From Candidatus Caldarchaeum sp. (GTDB taxonomy: Archaea > Thermoproteota > Nitrososphaeria_A > Caldarchaeales > Caldarchaeaceae): a stretch of DNA of 38,387 nucleotides. Of this stretch, positions 1 to 8,722 are shown piece after piece. A program made the translations under genes and the position numbers. The stretch spans positions 1 through 38,387 of the forward strand of contig JAVZZH010000005.1 in NCBI GenBank assembly GCA_038885755.1. The letters run 5' to 3'. Below the pieces are notes generated by a model. The model had not been told where the DNA came from, searched no databases, and saw only the letters and a list, made by a program, of their open reading frames with translations. The first letter of the stretch is position 1. The number at the start of each line of letters is the position of its first letter.

Positions 1-453
1 CTGGTCGCCCTCTACCTAGGAGTAGCGGCATCGTACTCCGCCTACACCTCGCTGAACCTGACGCCCGAACAGCTACAGAACCTCGGAGTTGTTCTGCCAG
101 CGGTGCTGAGGGTCGGAGGAGTTTTTATCAGCAGCAGCATCGACCTTATAGCTGTGAGCGCACTCGTCATAGTTCTTTCCAACATGATATACTACTACAT
201 CATAAGGTACTATGGGTTCTGGCGCACAATCCACGCAGGAGTGCTTTCCATCTGGCTCTGGGCTTTGATGAAGAGAGCTGGAACACTTCTGCAGCAGCCT
301 CAGTCTATATCCGTCTCAGACACCTCCACATTCCTGTTCATACTAACAGCCGTGCTGGGCGTCGTGACGCTGGGCATCACGTTCGCCATGACTCGAATAC
401 TCCGGTCGGTATACGGCAGACAGTTCAAGAAAGGCGTGGGCAAGAGACAGTGA
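1..453 (+). CDS. Multi-pass membrane protein, 5'-truncated (possibly DUF373 family)
   Basis: Frame 1 is open from base 1 with several hydrophobic segments. It lies immediately upstream of uppS, a neighbourhood known for DUF373 in archaea. Confidence 0.6.
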   Translation: MVALYLGVAASYSAYTSLNLTPEQLQNLGVVLPAVLRVGGVFISSSIDLIAVSALVIVLSNMIYYYIIRYYGFWRTIHAGVLSIWLWALMKRAGTLLQQPQSISVSDTSTFLFILTAVLGVVTLGITFAMTRILRSVYGRQFKKGVGKRQ

Positions 454-459
454 TCCAGC

Positions 460-1242
460 ATGCTGAGGAGCCTTCTCAAGTATCTCGGCGTCTACTGGGT
501 CTACGAGCGCTGGCTTTATCACACAGTCTCATCCAAGCCCATGCCCAACCACATAGCTCTTATCCTCGACGGAAACAGGAGGTGGGCGCAGAAGCGTGGA
601 TGGCCTTCTTGGCTTGGGCACAGGGCTGGTGCGGACCGGGTTGAGGACATTCTAACCAAGATTCTTGATCTGGGGGTGGAGACTGTCACGCTGTATGTTC
701 TTTCGACCGAGAACCTCAGCAGAAACCCTGAAGAGGTCGTGGAGCTGTTCCGGCTGATTAAGGAGAGGGCTGAGAGGCTGAAGACTAATCAGGACATCCA
801 CAAGCACAGGGTTAGGGTCAAGGTCATAGGCCGGAAAGAATACCTGCCGGAGGACGTGGCCGCCGCCCTCAACGAGGTTGAAGAAGCCACTAAGACCTAC
901 GGAGACCATTTCCTCAACCTAGCCATAGCCTACGGAGGAAGGGTCGAGATACTCGACGCAGTGAAGAAGATAGCGCACGAGGTCAAAAACGGGTCTCTGA
1001 ACGCCGACGAAATAACGAAAGAAACTTTCGAGAAATATCTCTACACCAGCGACGTGCCCAACCCCGAGCCGGACCTAATCATCAGAACATCGGGCGAGGC
1101 GAGGATAAGCAACTTCCTCCTCTGGCAGTCAGCCTACAGCGAGCTCGTCTTCCAAGACGTCTACTTCCCGGACTTCCGCATGATAGACTTGCTGAGAGCC
1201 GTACGAACATACCAGAGCAGGAGGAGGCGCTTCGGCCTCTAA
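460..1242 (+). CDS. uppS: cis-prenyltransferase (polyprenyl diphosphate synthase)
   Basis: PNHIALILDGNRRWA, STENLSR, YGGR, PDLIIRTSGEARISNFLLWQSAYSE, RRFG motifs. Confidence 0.97.
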   Translation: MLRSLLKYLGVYWVYERWLYHTVSSKPMPNHIALILDGNRRWAQKRGWPSWLGHRAGADRVEDILTKILDLGVETVTLYVLSTENLSRNPEEVVELFRLIKERAERLKTNQDIHKHRVRVKVIGRKEYLPEDVAAALNEVEEATKTYGDHFLNLAIAYGGRVEILDAVKKIAHEVKNGSLNADEITKETFEKYLYTSDVPNPEPDLIIRTSGEARISNFLLWQSAYSELVFQDVYFPDFRMIDLLRAVRTYQSRRRRFGL

Positions 1243-2315
1243 CCCAGCTCCAGATCCAGTCTAGCGTCCGTCAGGGGCTTGAGGCCGTCGGCTGAGACAT
1301 GGTACATGTCGGATGCTGAGAGCCCGAACCTTCCGGGAACAAGCAGGTCGGGGCCTATGCTGACCACCGCTCCGTCGCGGATGATGTCGGCGCTGCCCGC
1401 ATGTATGTAGGGAGGCTCCGACTCCTCAAGCCCGACGCCCCTGCCGAAATATGTCAGGGTTGAGGGGTCTAGCCCGAGGCTCAGCGCATGCGACCTGCAT
1501 TTGTCGTATACGGAGATGGCGGACGACCATGGAGAGATGCTCGACCTGACCTCCTCCTTGAGGTTTAGCAACGAGTTGTAAAACTTCACCAACCTCTCCG
1601 GAGGCTTGTCGCCGTAAAAGTAAGTCCTAGACATAGAGGCTACGTAGCTTTGGTAGACTACTCCTATCTGTATCTTGATAAGCTCGCCGTGCTTTATCTC
1701 GCGGTCAGCGGGGCTGTCGAGGTTGAGGAAGGTGTCGTCGCCGAACGAGATCCTCGGGTTGTATGCAAGCTCTGCACCAGACCTGTACACGTTGTCGGCC
1801 ACGGCTCTTCTTATGTCTGCCACAGTTGTTCCATACGAGACCACCTGACGGACAACCTCCATCGTTGCTGAAACATATTCGCCGGCCTTCCTCAACAAGC
1901 TCAGCTCATACTCCGACTTTACCTGCCGCAGCTCGTAAACCGTGTCCTTGAAGTCCACCATGGAGATCGACGGCGCAGACTTGATGATGGATAGATAGGC
2001 TTCGACGCTCATCGAGTCGTAGCCCAGCGACATACGCCTGTCCCCGATGTACTCCAGAGCCATTATCACCGGGTCTCTTCTTCCTAGCTTCTCAATTATC
2101 TCGATCCTTTCAGCGATAGGGGTTGAGACAGGCAGGGTGGAGAATAGGATAACCGTCCCGTCTGAGAGCACGTACAACGACCCTCCCCTGTACCCTGTGA
2201 AGTAGTAGACGTTGGCCGGAGAGCAGAGTAGTACAGCGTCAACAGATGAAGCCCTCAGCTTTTCAGCGAGCTTCTCAACCCTCTCCTCGAAAACTGCCTG
2301 CCTCAACAGCCTCAA
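1239..2315 (-). CDS. M24 (Xaa-Pro aminopeptidase/creatinase) fold protein, probably catalytically inactive
   Basis: N-terminal NVYYFTGY, LRQVKSEYEL linker, SRT, GRGVGLE.SEPP scaffold; the metal ligands are substituted. Confidence 0.85.
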   Translation of the reverse strand: MRLLRQAVFEERVEKLAEKLRASSVDAVLLCSPANVYYFTGYRGGSLYVLSDGTVILFSTLPVSTPIAERIEIIEKLGRRDPVIMALEYIGDRRMSLGYDSMSVEAYLSIIKSAPSISMVDFKDTVYELRQVKSEYELSLLRKAGEYVSATMEVVRQVVSYGTTVADIRRAVADNVYRSGAELAYNPRISFGDDTFLNLDSPADREIKHGELIKIQIGVVYQSYVASMSRTYFYGDKPPERLVKFYNSLLNLKEEVRSSISPWSSAISVYDKCRSHALSLGLDPSTLTYFGRGVGLEESEPPYIHAGSADIIRDGAVVSIGPDLLVPGRFGLSASDMYHVSADGLKPLTDARLDLELG

Positions 2316-2429
2316 CCTTTTTTCATCATTATTTATGCATGAGAAGGAGGCCGGGTTTTACCCGGATATTATCAAGGGTAGGACGTTGGAGGCATGTTGA
2401 TAAACACCCGAGAGCCCGTGTTTTGAAGG

Positions 2430-5400
2430 ATGGTAAGGATCAAGGCGGTGGCTATTCAGGGGTTCAAGTCTTTCGGAAGCAAGAAAACCGTGATAAAGCT
2501 TCCACCCGGCCTTATAGTCATCACGGGCCCTAACGGGGGCGGTAAGTCAACTGTGCTGGACGCTGTCAAGTTCGCCCTTGGCGAGCTCAGCGCACACAAC
2601 CTGAGAGCCGACCGGTTCTCCAAACTACTCCACGAGTCGGCGAAAGGCCAGGACCAGCAAGCCTCGGTCTCGCTGACGCTGGACAACCAAGGGCGTGCGA
2701 TACCTGTTGACTCGGACGAAGTAGTTTTGACCAGAAGGCTTTCTTCCTCGGGCGAGAGCGAGTATTTTGTGAACGGCCGCAGCGTGTCCCGCAACGAGAT
2801 GCTCACCCTCCTTTCAACAGCCAACATCAAGCCCGACGGCCTCAACCTCGTCACTCAAGGCTCGGTCGTCGGCATAGCTGAGATGAACAGCCGCGAGCTA
2901 CGTCAAATGCTCGAAGACGCCGCAGGCATTTCAGGCTACAAGAAGAGGAGGGACGATGCTCTGAAGGAGTTGGAGGCGGCTCAGAGGAATCTCGACGTCG
3001 CGAAGGCGGCTACGTCTGAAGTCAGGAACAGAGTTAAGCAGCTGGAGCTTGAGAGAAACCAATTCCTGAGAAAAACCTTGGTTGACAGAGAGCTTGCTAG
3101 GCTGAGGTCGGCCTCCGTCATCGACGAGATAAACAACGCCCGTCAGCAGCTCATGCAGCTCGAAAAAAACGCCGAAGAACTGCTCAAAGCACTGGATGCG
3201 AAGCAAGCGCTCAAGCAGGAAGCTGAGGAGAGAGCCTCGAGGGTCAGGGCGGAGTATGAGATGCTGCAGCGTCTAAGAGGAGAGCGAGGAAGCATCACAA
3301 GGACTCTGCAGGCCCAGATTTACGAAAAGCAGGCTGAGAAATCGAGGCTGGAGGCTGAGCTGAGGTCTTACAAATCCGGCCTCGAACAGCTGGCGGAGCA
3401 GTCTAGAATGCTGAGAGAAAGGATGCTGAGATGGAGGGAAAGGCTTGCGGAGCTTCAGGCCAAGCTGGAGGAGAAGTCGGCGGAAGTGGAGCAGGCTGCT
3501 CAATCCTACAAGGCGTTCGAAAGCCAAGTGAGCGAGGCACGGAGACAAGCCGACGCCGTAAGGGAGAGGGTTGAACAGGCTGAGGAAGCCTACGCGTCAA
3601 AGCTCAACGAAGTCAGATACCTAAAGCTGAGCGAGGACGGCAGGTCTCTCGTTCTGGAGAACCTCGAGCGACAGCTCCAGTCCAAGCGCAGGGAAAGGGA
3701 CGAGGTGTCGAAGACCGTTGAGGAAAACATGAGGAGAAAAGAAGCTCTCGCCGCAGAGATCCTAAAGAACAAAGAGGCTGAAACAGCTCTGACCACAGCC
3801 CTAGCCGACCTAGACAAGCAATCCTCTAGCCTTACGGAGGAAGCAGCCAGAGTGTCGGACAAGGTCGCAGAGGTCGACAAGCTGCTGGAGGAGGCTGACT
3901 TTCTGAAGACTTCGCTCGAGAGCCTCGGAGAAGCTGTCAAGAAGGGTGAGAGGAGGGGACAGGCAGGAGGATCAGCCCTAACCGTCGGGGAGTATTTTGG
4001 AGAAAAGCTGAGCCCTTTCACGGCGGCTGCGCTGGGAGACTGGGTTAACGCTTTGATGGTGGAGGATTTAGAGAACGCCCTAGAGCTCGCGGCCAAGTCG
4101 GCCGAGCTCGGCATCCCGCTGAAAATAATACCCGTCAGTCAAACAGGCTACGACGCCGAGAAAATACTTCAAGCAGTCACCGGCTCACCCTCTCCGAAAC
4201 ATGTTGATTCAGCTAAAGACCTAACACCCGACGACAGGAACACTGCGACTAGGGACGGGGTCTACGTCAGCCCGAACTTCTTGGTGAACGTGTCGGTGAG
4301 GCGTGTTGAGGAGAGGGTTGCCGAGGCCGTGATGAGCAGCGTGGAGAAGCTTGAGCGGCTGAGGGCGAAGCTGGCGGGTAAACGTTCACAGCTTGAGAAC
4401 AAGCTGCACAGGTTGCGGGAGTCAGTCGACCAAGCTAGGACTAGGAGGGAGGAGCTCAGCAAGCAGCTGAAAATGACACAACTAGCCGCTGCGAAGCTCG
4501 AAGCCAGCCTCTCCAGCCTCGAGAAACAGCTGGAAAACGGCAAGGCTAGGCTTTCCACGCTCGAGAAAAGCATCGAGAGCCTAGAGTCAGAGGCTCAAAA
4601 CCTGAGAAGCACGCTGGCTGAAAAGAGCGGCGAACTGGCTGAGCTGGCGAGGCTCAAGGCCGAGCTGGAGGACCTGAGGAGGGAGGCTAGGCTCGCTGAG
4701 GAAAACGTGCGACGTGCTTCAGCTGAAGCCACGAGCCTGTACAGGAAGCAGCTGAGCCTCGAGAGGGAGAGGGACGCGATAGCTGTCGAGAGCAGGAACA
4801 TAGCTGAACGTCTGGAGAGTGCTGAGAAGGAGCTTGAGCTTCTGAAAACCCGTGAGCAAAAGCTGGGCTCGGACGCGGAGAATGCGAAGGCTAGGCTTGA
4901 TATGGTTGAGCTGGAGCTGAGCAAGCTGAAGAGCGATAGAGACGAGGCTGAGAGGATGCTGGCGGAGGTTGAGCAGCAGCTTTCGGAGAAAGCGCAGGAG
5001 TTGAGGGAGGTTGAAGCGGCTGTTATCAGGCTCCGGGACGAGATATCTTCTCTGGAGAAGGAGAACAACACAGTGATGGTTGAGCGGGTGAGGCTTGAAA
5101 CCAGCCTCCAATCCCTGTACGAGCGGCTGAGGATGGTCTCCACCGTGGAGGATGAGGGGGCGCCGACACTGCCCGCAGAGCTGCTGCCAAGCCTCGAGGA
5201 AGAGGCTAAGGAAGTCGCCGTGGTGAACCAGCTCGCCGTCATGCAGTACGACAGCATAATATCCAACTACAAGCTGAGGTCATCCCGGATCAACGAGCTT
5301 GAGATGGAGAGGAAGAGGATACTCGAATTCATAGAATCAATCAACAGGGAGGAGGTTGAAGCCTTCAACAAGGCGTTGGAGAGGGTTTCCGAGTCCTTCA

Positions 5401-5819
5401 ACTTCTACTTTAACCAGCTTACTGGAGGCGAGGGATACCTCCGCCTCGAGAACCCTCAAGACCCTCTCAACTCCGGCGTGGAGATGGTTGTTAGGTTCGT
5501 CGGTAAACAGCCCCGGAGCACTTCCTCGGTCAGCGGAGGGGAGAAATCCGTCTCCGCAGTGGCTTTGATACTAGCCCTCCAGGACTTGACCCCCGCCCAG
5601 TTCTACATCTTCGACGAGATAGACGCCCACCTCGACGTGGTCTACGTGAAAAACCTAGTAAGCCTCATGAAGAAGATGTCCTCCAAGAAACAGATAATAA
5701 TCATAACGCTCAAGGACATCATAGCCGAGCAGGCTGACGCGCTGTACGGGGTTTACATGGTCAACGAGGCGTCGCAGGTCGTGAAGACGAGGTTGTCGGA
5801 GGTGGTTGAGGCTGGATAG
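2430..5819 (+). CDS. smc: Chromosome segregation protein Smc
   Basis: GFKSFG, Walker A GPNGGGKS, Q-loop VTQG, long coiled coils with central hinge, signature SGGEKS, Walker B/D-loop FDEIDAHLD. Confidence 0.97.
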   Translation: MVRIKAVAIQGFKSFGSKKTVIKLPPGLIVITGPNGGGKSTVLDAVKFALGELSAHNLRADRFSKLLHESAKGQDQQASVSLTLDNQGRAIPVDSDEVVLTRRLSSSGESEYFVNGRSVSRNEMLTLLSTANIKPDGLNLVTQGSVVGIAEMNSRELRQMLEDAAGISGYKKRRDDALKELEAAQRNLDVAKAATSEVRNRVKQLELERNQFLRKTLVDRELARLRSASVIDEINNARQQLMQLEKNAEELLKALDAKQALKQEAEERASRVRAEYEMLQRLRGERGSITRTLQAQIYEKQAEKSRLEAELRSYKSGLEQLAEQSRMLRERMLRWRERLAELQAKLEEKSAEVEQAAQSYKAFESQVSEARRQADAVRERVEQAEEAYASKLNEVRYLKLSEDGRSLVLENLERQLQSKRRERDEVSKTVEENMRRKEALAAEILKNKEAETALTTALADLDKQSSSLTEEAARVSDKVAEVDKLLEEADFLKTSLESLGEAVKKGERRGQAGGSALTVGEYFGEKLSPFTAAALGDWVNALMVEDLENALELAAKSAELGIPLKIIPVSQTGYDAEKILQAVTGSPSPKHVDSAKDLTPDDRNTATRDGVYVSPNFLVNVSVRRVEERVAEAVMSSVEKLERLRAKLAGKRSQLENKLHRLRESVDQARTRREELSKQLKMTQLAAAKLEASLSSLEKQLENGKARLSTLEKSIESLESEAQNLRSTLAEKSGELAELARLKAELEDLRREARLAEENVRRASAEATSLYRKQLSLERERDAIAVESRNIAERLESAEKELELLKTREQKLGSDAENAKARLDMVELELSKLKSDRDEAERMLAEVEQQLSEKAQELREVEAAVIRLRDEISSLEKENNTVMVERVRLETSLQSLYERLRMVSTVEDEGAPTLPAELLPSLEEEAKEVAVVNQLAVMQYDSIISNYKLRSSRINELEMERKRILEFIESINREEVEAFNKALERVSESFNFYFNQLTGGEGYLRLENPQDPLNSGVEMVVRFVGKQPRSTSSVSGGEKSVSAVALILALQDLTPAQFYIFDEIDAHLDVVYVKNLVSLMKKMSSKKQIIIITLKDIIAEQADALYGVYMVNEASQVVKTRLSEVVEAG

Positions 5820-6477
5820 CTTGTTCGACGATGGATTTTCGTCGTCGCCTTGGCGGATTCTTTTCGACGTCACTAGGCTCGACAGGCTGAAGGTTTGGGA
5901 GGTGAGGCTCAACGACTTGTTGCAGGAGTTTTCTCAGGTTCTCAGGAGGCAGGGCTACATAGACCTGAACCTATGCGGGATAGCCGTGCACTCGGCTGCA
6001 ACGATTCACCGGATCAAGACGGAGAAGCTTCTTCAGGGCGATGTCCCTCCACGGCCCAAGCCTAAACCGGAGATAAGCGTCCTGCCGCCCATAGAGCTTC
6101 CCTTCAAACCAGAGCTGATGACCGCAACGATCCAAGAGGTTGTCTCCGCCCTCCAGAGGGCCCTAGCTCAGTCAGCCCAGAGAAAGTCAGAGGCCATCCC
6201 TCCCCAGATACAGGAGAACAGGCTTGTCCTCACCGATTTCCTAGTCAAGATCGAGGAGGAGCTGGAGATGTTTGTCGCGAGGCTGCGGCTGCTCTTCCAG
6301 CAGAGAGAAGCCATCAGCTTCTCGGAGCTCGTCAGAGACGCTTCCAAGCTGGAGGCTGCGAAAACATTCATCCTCCTGCTGTTCGCGGCGGCGAGAAGGA
6401 TTGTTTACCTCTACCAGCCCGAGGAGCTGGATGACCTGCAGGTGCTTAGAGGTGAGTTGTCTGGACCAAGCGGTTGA
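5806..6477 (+). CDS. scpA: Kleisin ScpA (start TTG 5806 or CTG 5812)
   Basis: WEVRL and AATIHRIKTEKLL N-terminal kleisin helix; C-terminal ISFSEL..TFILLLF..YLYQ.E winged helix; directly follows smc. Confidence 0.9.
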   Translation: MRLDSLFDDGFSSSPWRILFDVTRLDRLKVWEVRLNDLLQEFSQVLRRQGYIDLNLCGIAVHSAATIHRIKTEKLLQGDVPPRPKPKPEISVLPPIELPFKPELMTATIQEVVSALQRALAQSAQRKSEAIPPQIQENRLVLTDFLVKIEEELEMFVARLRLLFQQREAISFSELVRDASKLEAAKTFILLLFAAARRIVYLYQPEELDDLQVLRGELSGPSG

Positions 6478-7054
6478 CAGCAAGACATTGGCCGAAGCCA
6501 TTCTCTTCTCCTCCGACAAGCCCGTTGGACTGAAGACGCTTCAGCGGGCGCTACGCATCAGGTCGGAGCCGAAGCTCAGGAGCATCATCGAGGCTCTTAG
6601 GCAAGAATACAGAGGTAGGGCGGTTGAGATCGTCGAGTTGGAGGACGGCAGGTTCTTCATGAGGCTGAGGCCTGACCTCGTCCAGTACGCGAAGAGGTTC
6701 ACGAGACGTAAAGCCCTGCCTCATGGAGTTCTCAAGACGCTGGCTACGATAGCCTATTACCAGCCCCTACCCATGTCGAGCCTAGCAGCCATAAGGGGGA
6801 AGGACGCCTACAGACAGCTGAAGATACTCGTCGAGAGAGGTCTCGTAGAGACGGAGAAGTCCGGCAGAACCAGCGTCCTACGCACAACCCAGCTCTTCGC
6901 CGACCTATTCGGCGTCGAAAACAACCCGCAGACCGTCAGGAATCTAATCTCGAAGATGATCACGGAGACGCAGAAACAAGGAATCGAAACAAGTTTAAAG
7001 CATGCTTCAAAAAACCATAACAAGGATGGTTCAGTGGCACACAGACATCCATAA
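6452..7054 (+). CDS. scpB: ScpB (start GTG 6452 or CTG 6461)
   Basis: AEAILF, LKTLATIAYYQP, IRG, LVERGL, TTQLFADLFG motifs. The upstream part of ORF 6272 is only overlap with scpA. Confidence 0.93.
   Translation: MSCLDQAVDSKTLAEAILFSSDKPVGLKTLQRALRIRSEPKLRSIIEALRQEYRGRAVEIVELEDGRFFMRLRPDLVQYAKRFTRRKALPHGVLKTLATIAYYQPLPMSSLAAIRGKDAYRQLKILVERGLVETEKSGRTSVLRTTQLFADLFGVENNPQTVRNLISKMITETQKQGIETSLKHASKNHNKDGSVAHRHP
6985..7000 (+). promoter_or_regulatory. BRE/TATA promoter inside scpB for a leaderless rps8e operon
   Basis: Purine-rich CGAAACAAG followed by TTTAAAG (6994-7000), 25 nt before ATG 7026. Confidence 0.55.
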
Positions 7055-7415
7055 GAGAAAGAAGACAGGTGCCAAGCCTCACCCGAGCAGGGGAAAGAGG
7101 AAGAGCGAGCGGGGAGGCGAAATCCATCTAGCGTCCGTCGGCGAGCTCGAGACGGTCGTCAGGAGAACGAGAGGAGGAGGTTTAAAGACGGCGGTCGTCT
7201 CAACCCCCACCGCTAACGTCGCCTTCGGAAACGTTGTCAAGAAGCTTGAGATTCTAAGGGTTGTCTCTAACCCGAGCAACCGGGACTACGACCGTCGGAA
7301 AGTCATCACGAAGGGCTCGATAATAGAGACGCCGGAGGGGTTGGCCCGGGTCACCTCGTCGCCCGGCAAGCACGGCGTGGTCAACGCTGTCGCCGTAAAG
7401 CAGGTGCAGGCTTGA
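7026..7415 (+). CDS. rps8e: 30S ribosomal protein S8e
   Basis: KRKKTG, RKSERG, RTRGG, NPSNRDYDRRKVITKG, ARVTSSPGKHGVVNAV. Confidence 0.97.
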   Translation: MVQWHTDIHKRKKTGAKPHPSRGKRKSERGGEIHLASVGELETVVRRTRGGGLKTAVVSTPTANVAFGNVVKKLEILRVVSNPSNRDYDRRKVITKGSIIETPEGLARVTSSPGKHGVVNAVAVKQVQA

Positions 7416-7702
7416 TAAGGAAAGAAGGCTATGTTCTATGGCCTTCGTATTTTGACGTGAAGAACTCTAGGAAGGACGGTAGGCGTGTCCGGTCCAGTTT
7501 GGGCGTCCAAAGACCCACCGCAGACGACCTAGTCAACGCATGCAGGAGGCTTGGGCTTAACGCTGTGAAGATGGACGGAGCATATCCACGCAGCTGGTAC
7601 TCGAGGACGGGGTACGTGGTTGTTAAGCCTGGCCCGGGGGTTTCGAAGAACGCCTTGGTCAAGATGGTTGCGGAGGAATTGCGAAGACATGGCAAGAAGT
7701 AG
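7412..7702 (+). CDS. srp19: Signal recognition particle protein Srp19
   Basis: LWPSYFD..SRKDGRRV, YPRSW motifs; TTGA overlap with the rps8e stop. Confidence 0.95.
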   Translation: MIRKEGYVLWPSYFDVKNSRKDGRRVRSSLGVQRPTADDLVNACRRLGLNAVKMDGAYPRSWYSRTGYVVVKPGPGVSKNALVKMVAEELRRHGKK

Positions 7703-7943
7703 GCCGGCCGTCTCCCGAAAGTATCAGCTGCTAGGCGAGGCCGTGAGGGTGGATGAGGGAAGCGTGTTGGTCAGAGCGCTGTCGGCTCCGAGACTCGTCG
7801 CCAAGGCCTTCGACAGCAGGGGGAGAATGATAGGATACGTTTCGAACGTGTTCGGACCGGTCGCAGCGCCTTTCGTCAAGATAAAGACAGTCGAAGGGTT
7901 GGAGGTCAGAGAGGGGGAGCCGGTATACACAGAGGCCAGCTGA
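7689..7943 (+). CDS. gar1: H/ACA RNP protein Gar1
   Basis: IGYVSNVFGPVAAPFV motif; typical gar1-tfb synteny. Confidence 0.88.
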   Translation: MARSRPAVSRKYQLLGEAVRVDEGSVLVRALSAPRLVAKAFDSRGRMIGYVSNVFGPVAAPFVKIKTVEGLEVREGEPVYTEAS

Positions 7944-8722
7944 ACCCATGTCCATTCTGCGGGTCTGTCGAGAGAAGGTACGACCAAGCTGGCGGAGAGG
8001 TAGTCTGCGCCTCATGCGGCACAGTGATAGCCGAGCGCATGCCTTCACCAACACCTCCCAAGAAAATGTTTTTCAACGGAAAGAACAGCGTCGGCCCCGG
8101 GCTAACAAGCCTTCTCCACGACCGAGGGCTGGGAACGGTCAAAACCAGCAGGCTCTCCTCGCCCAGCGAAAAGCTGCTGTCAAGGCTTCTCAGCGAGGTT
8201 ATTTGGGTTTGCGACAAGCTGGTGCTCCCCAAGCACGTGGCTGAGAAAGCCGGTGAGTTGGTCCGGCTGGCCGTCGCCGAAGGTGTCTATCGAAGGTCTA
8301 GAAGAGCCTCAGCTGCAGCAGCTGTCTACATAGCTTCAAACCATCTAAACCACGGCAAGACTTTACAGGAATTGGCGGCTGCGGCGGACGTTCCTGTAGC
8401 TCTGCTGGCCAAGGAGGTGTCGAGGACTGTGTTCGGCCTCAACCTGAAAGCCAAGGCTCCGGACTACGAGATCTTCATGCACCGAATAGCGAGGACGCTT
8501 AACCTCGAGCACGAAGTTCTCGAGGAGGGGTGCAGGATTTTGAAAGAATGGCGGGAAAGAAACCTAGTTGCGGGTAGAAAACCCTCCTCAGTCGCAGCCG
8601 CAGCGGTCTATTTTGCATGCCGGAGGCTAGGTGTGAAGGTTTACGTCTCCAGGCTGGCTGAAGCTGGATCCGTGAGCGCTCCGACGCTCAAAAGAATAAT
8701 AACGTATCTGGAGAGGTTATGA
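7940..8722 (+). CDS. tfb: Transcription initiation factor IIB (TFB), divergent; probable CTG start
   Basis: In-frame Zn ribbon CPFCG...CASCG at 7949-8020 upstream of the listed GTG 8024; HDRGLGT; two cyclin repeats (AAAAVYIAS; GRKPSSVAAAAVYFAC). Confidence 0.88.
   Translation: MNPCPFCGSVERRYDQAGGEVVCASCGTVIAERMPSPTPPKKMFFNGKNSVGPGLTSLLHDRGLGTVKTSRLSSPSEKLLSRLLSEVIWVCDKLVLPKHVAEKAGELVRLAVAEGVYRRSRRASAAAAVYIASNHLNHGKTLQELAAAADVPVALLAKEVSRTVFGLNLKAKAPDYEIFMHRIARTLNLEHEVLEEGCRILKEWRERNLVAGRKPSSVAAAAVYFACRRLGVKVYVSRLAEAGSVSAPTLKRIITYLERL

Noticed and set aside
2456-5266. Ser/Leu-rich antisense ORFs and GAGCT/GAGG periodicity within smc
   Set aside because: Shadow frames and codon bias of an E/L/R/K coiled coil, not repeats
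5695-5720. Smc switch motif IITLK lacking His
   Set aside because: ITL(R/K) is normal in archaeal Smc
6272-6451. Cys/Ser-rich N-terminal extension of ScpB
   Set aside because: It overlaps scpA in another frame, and an SD lies at 6449-6455
7948-8244. ATG-started 98-aa ORF suggesting a frameshifted tfb
   Set aside because: The Zn ribbon is already in frame with the TFB core, and this ORF has no protein-like motif
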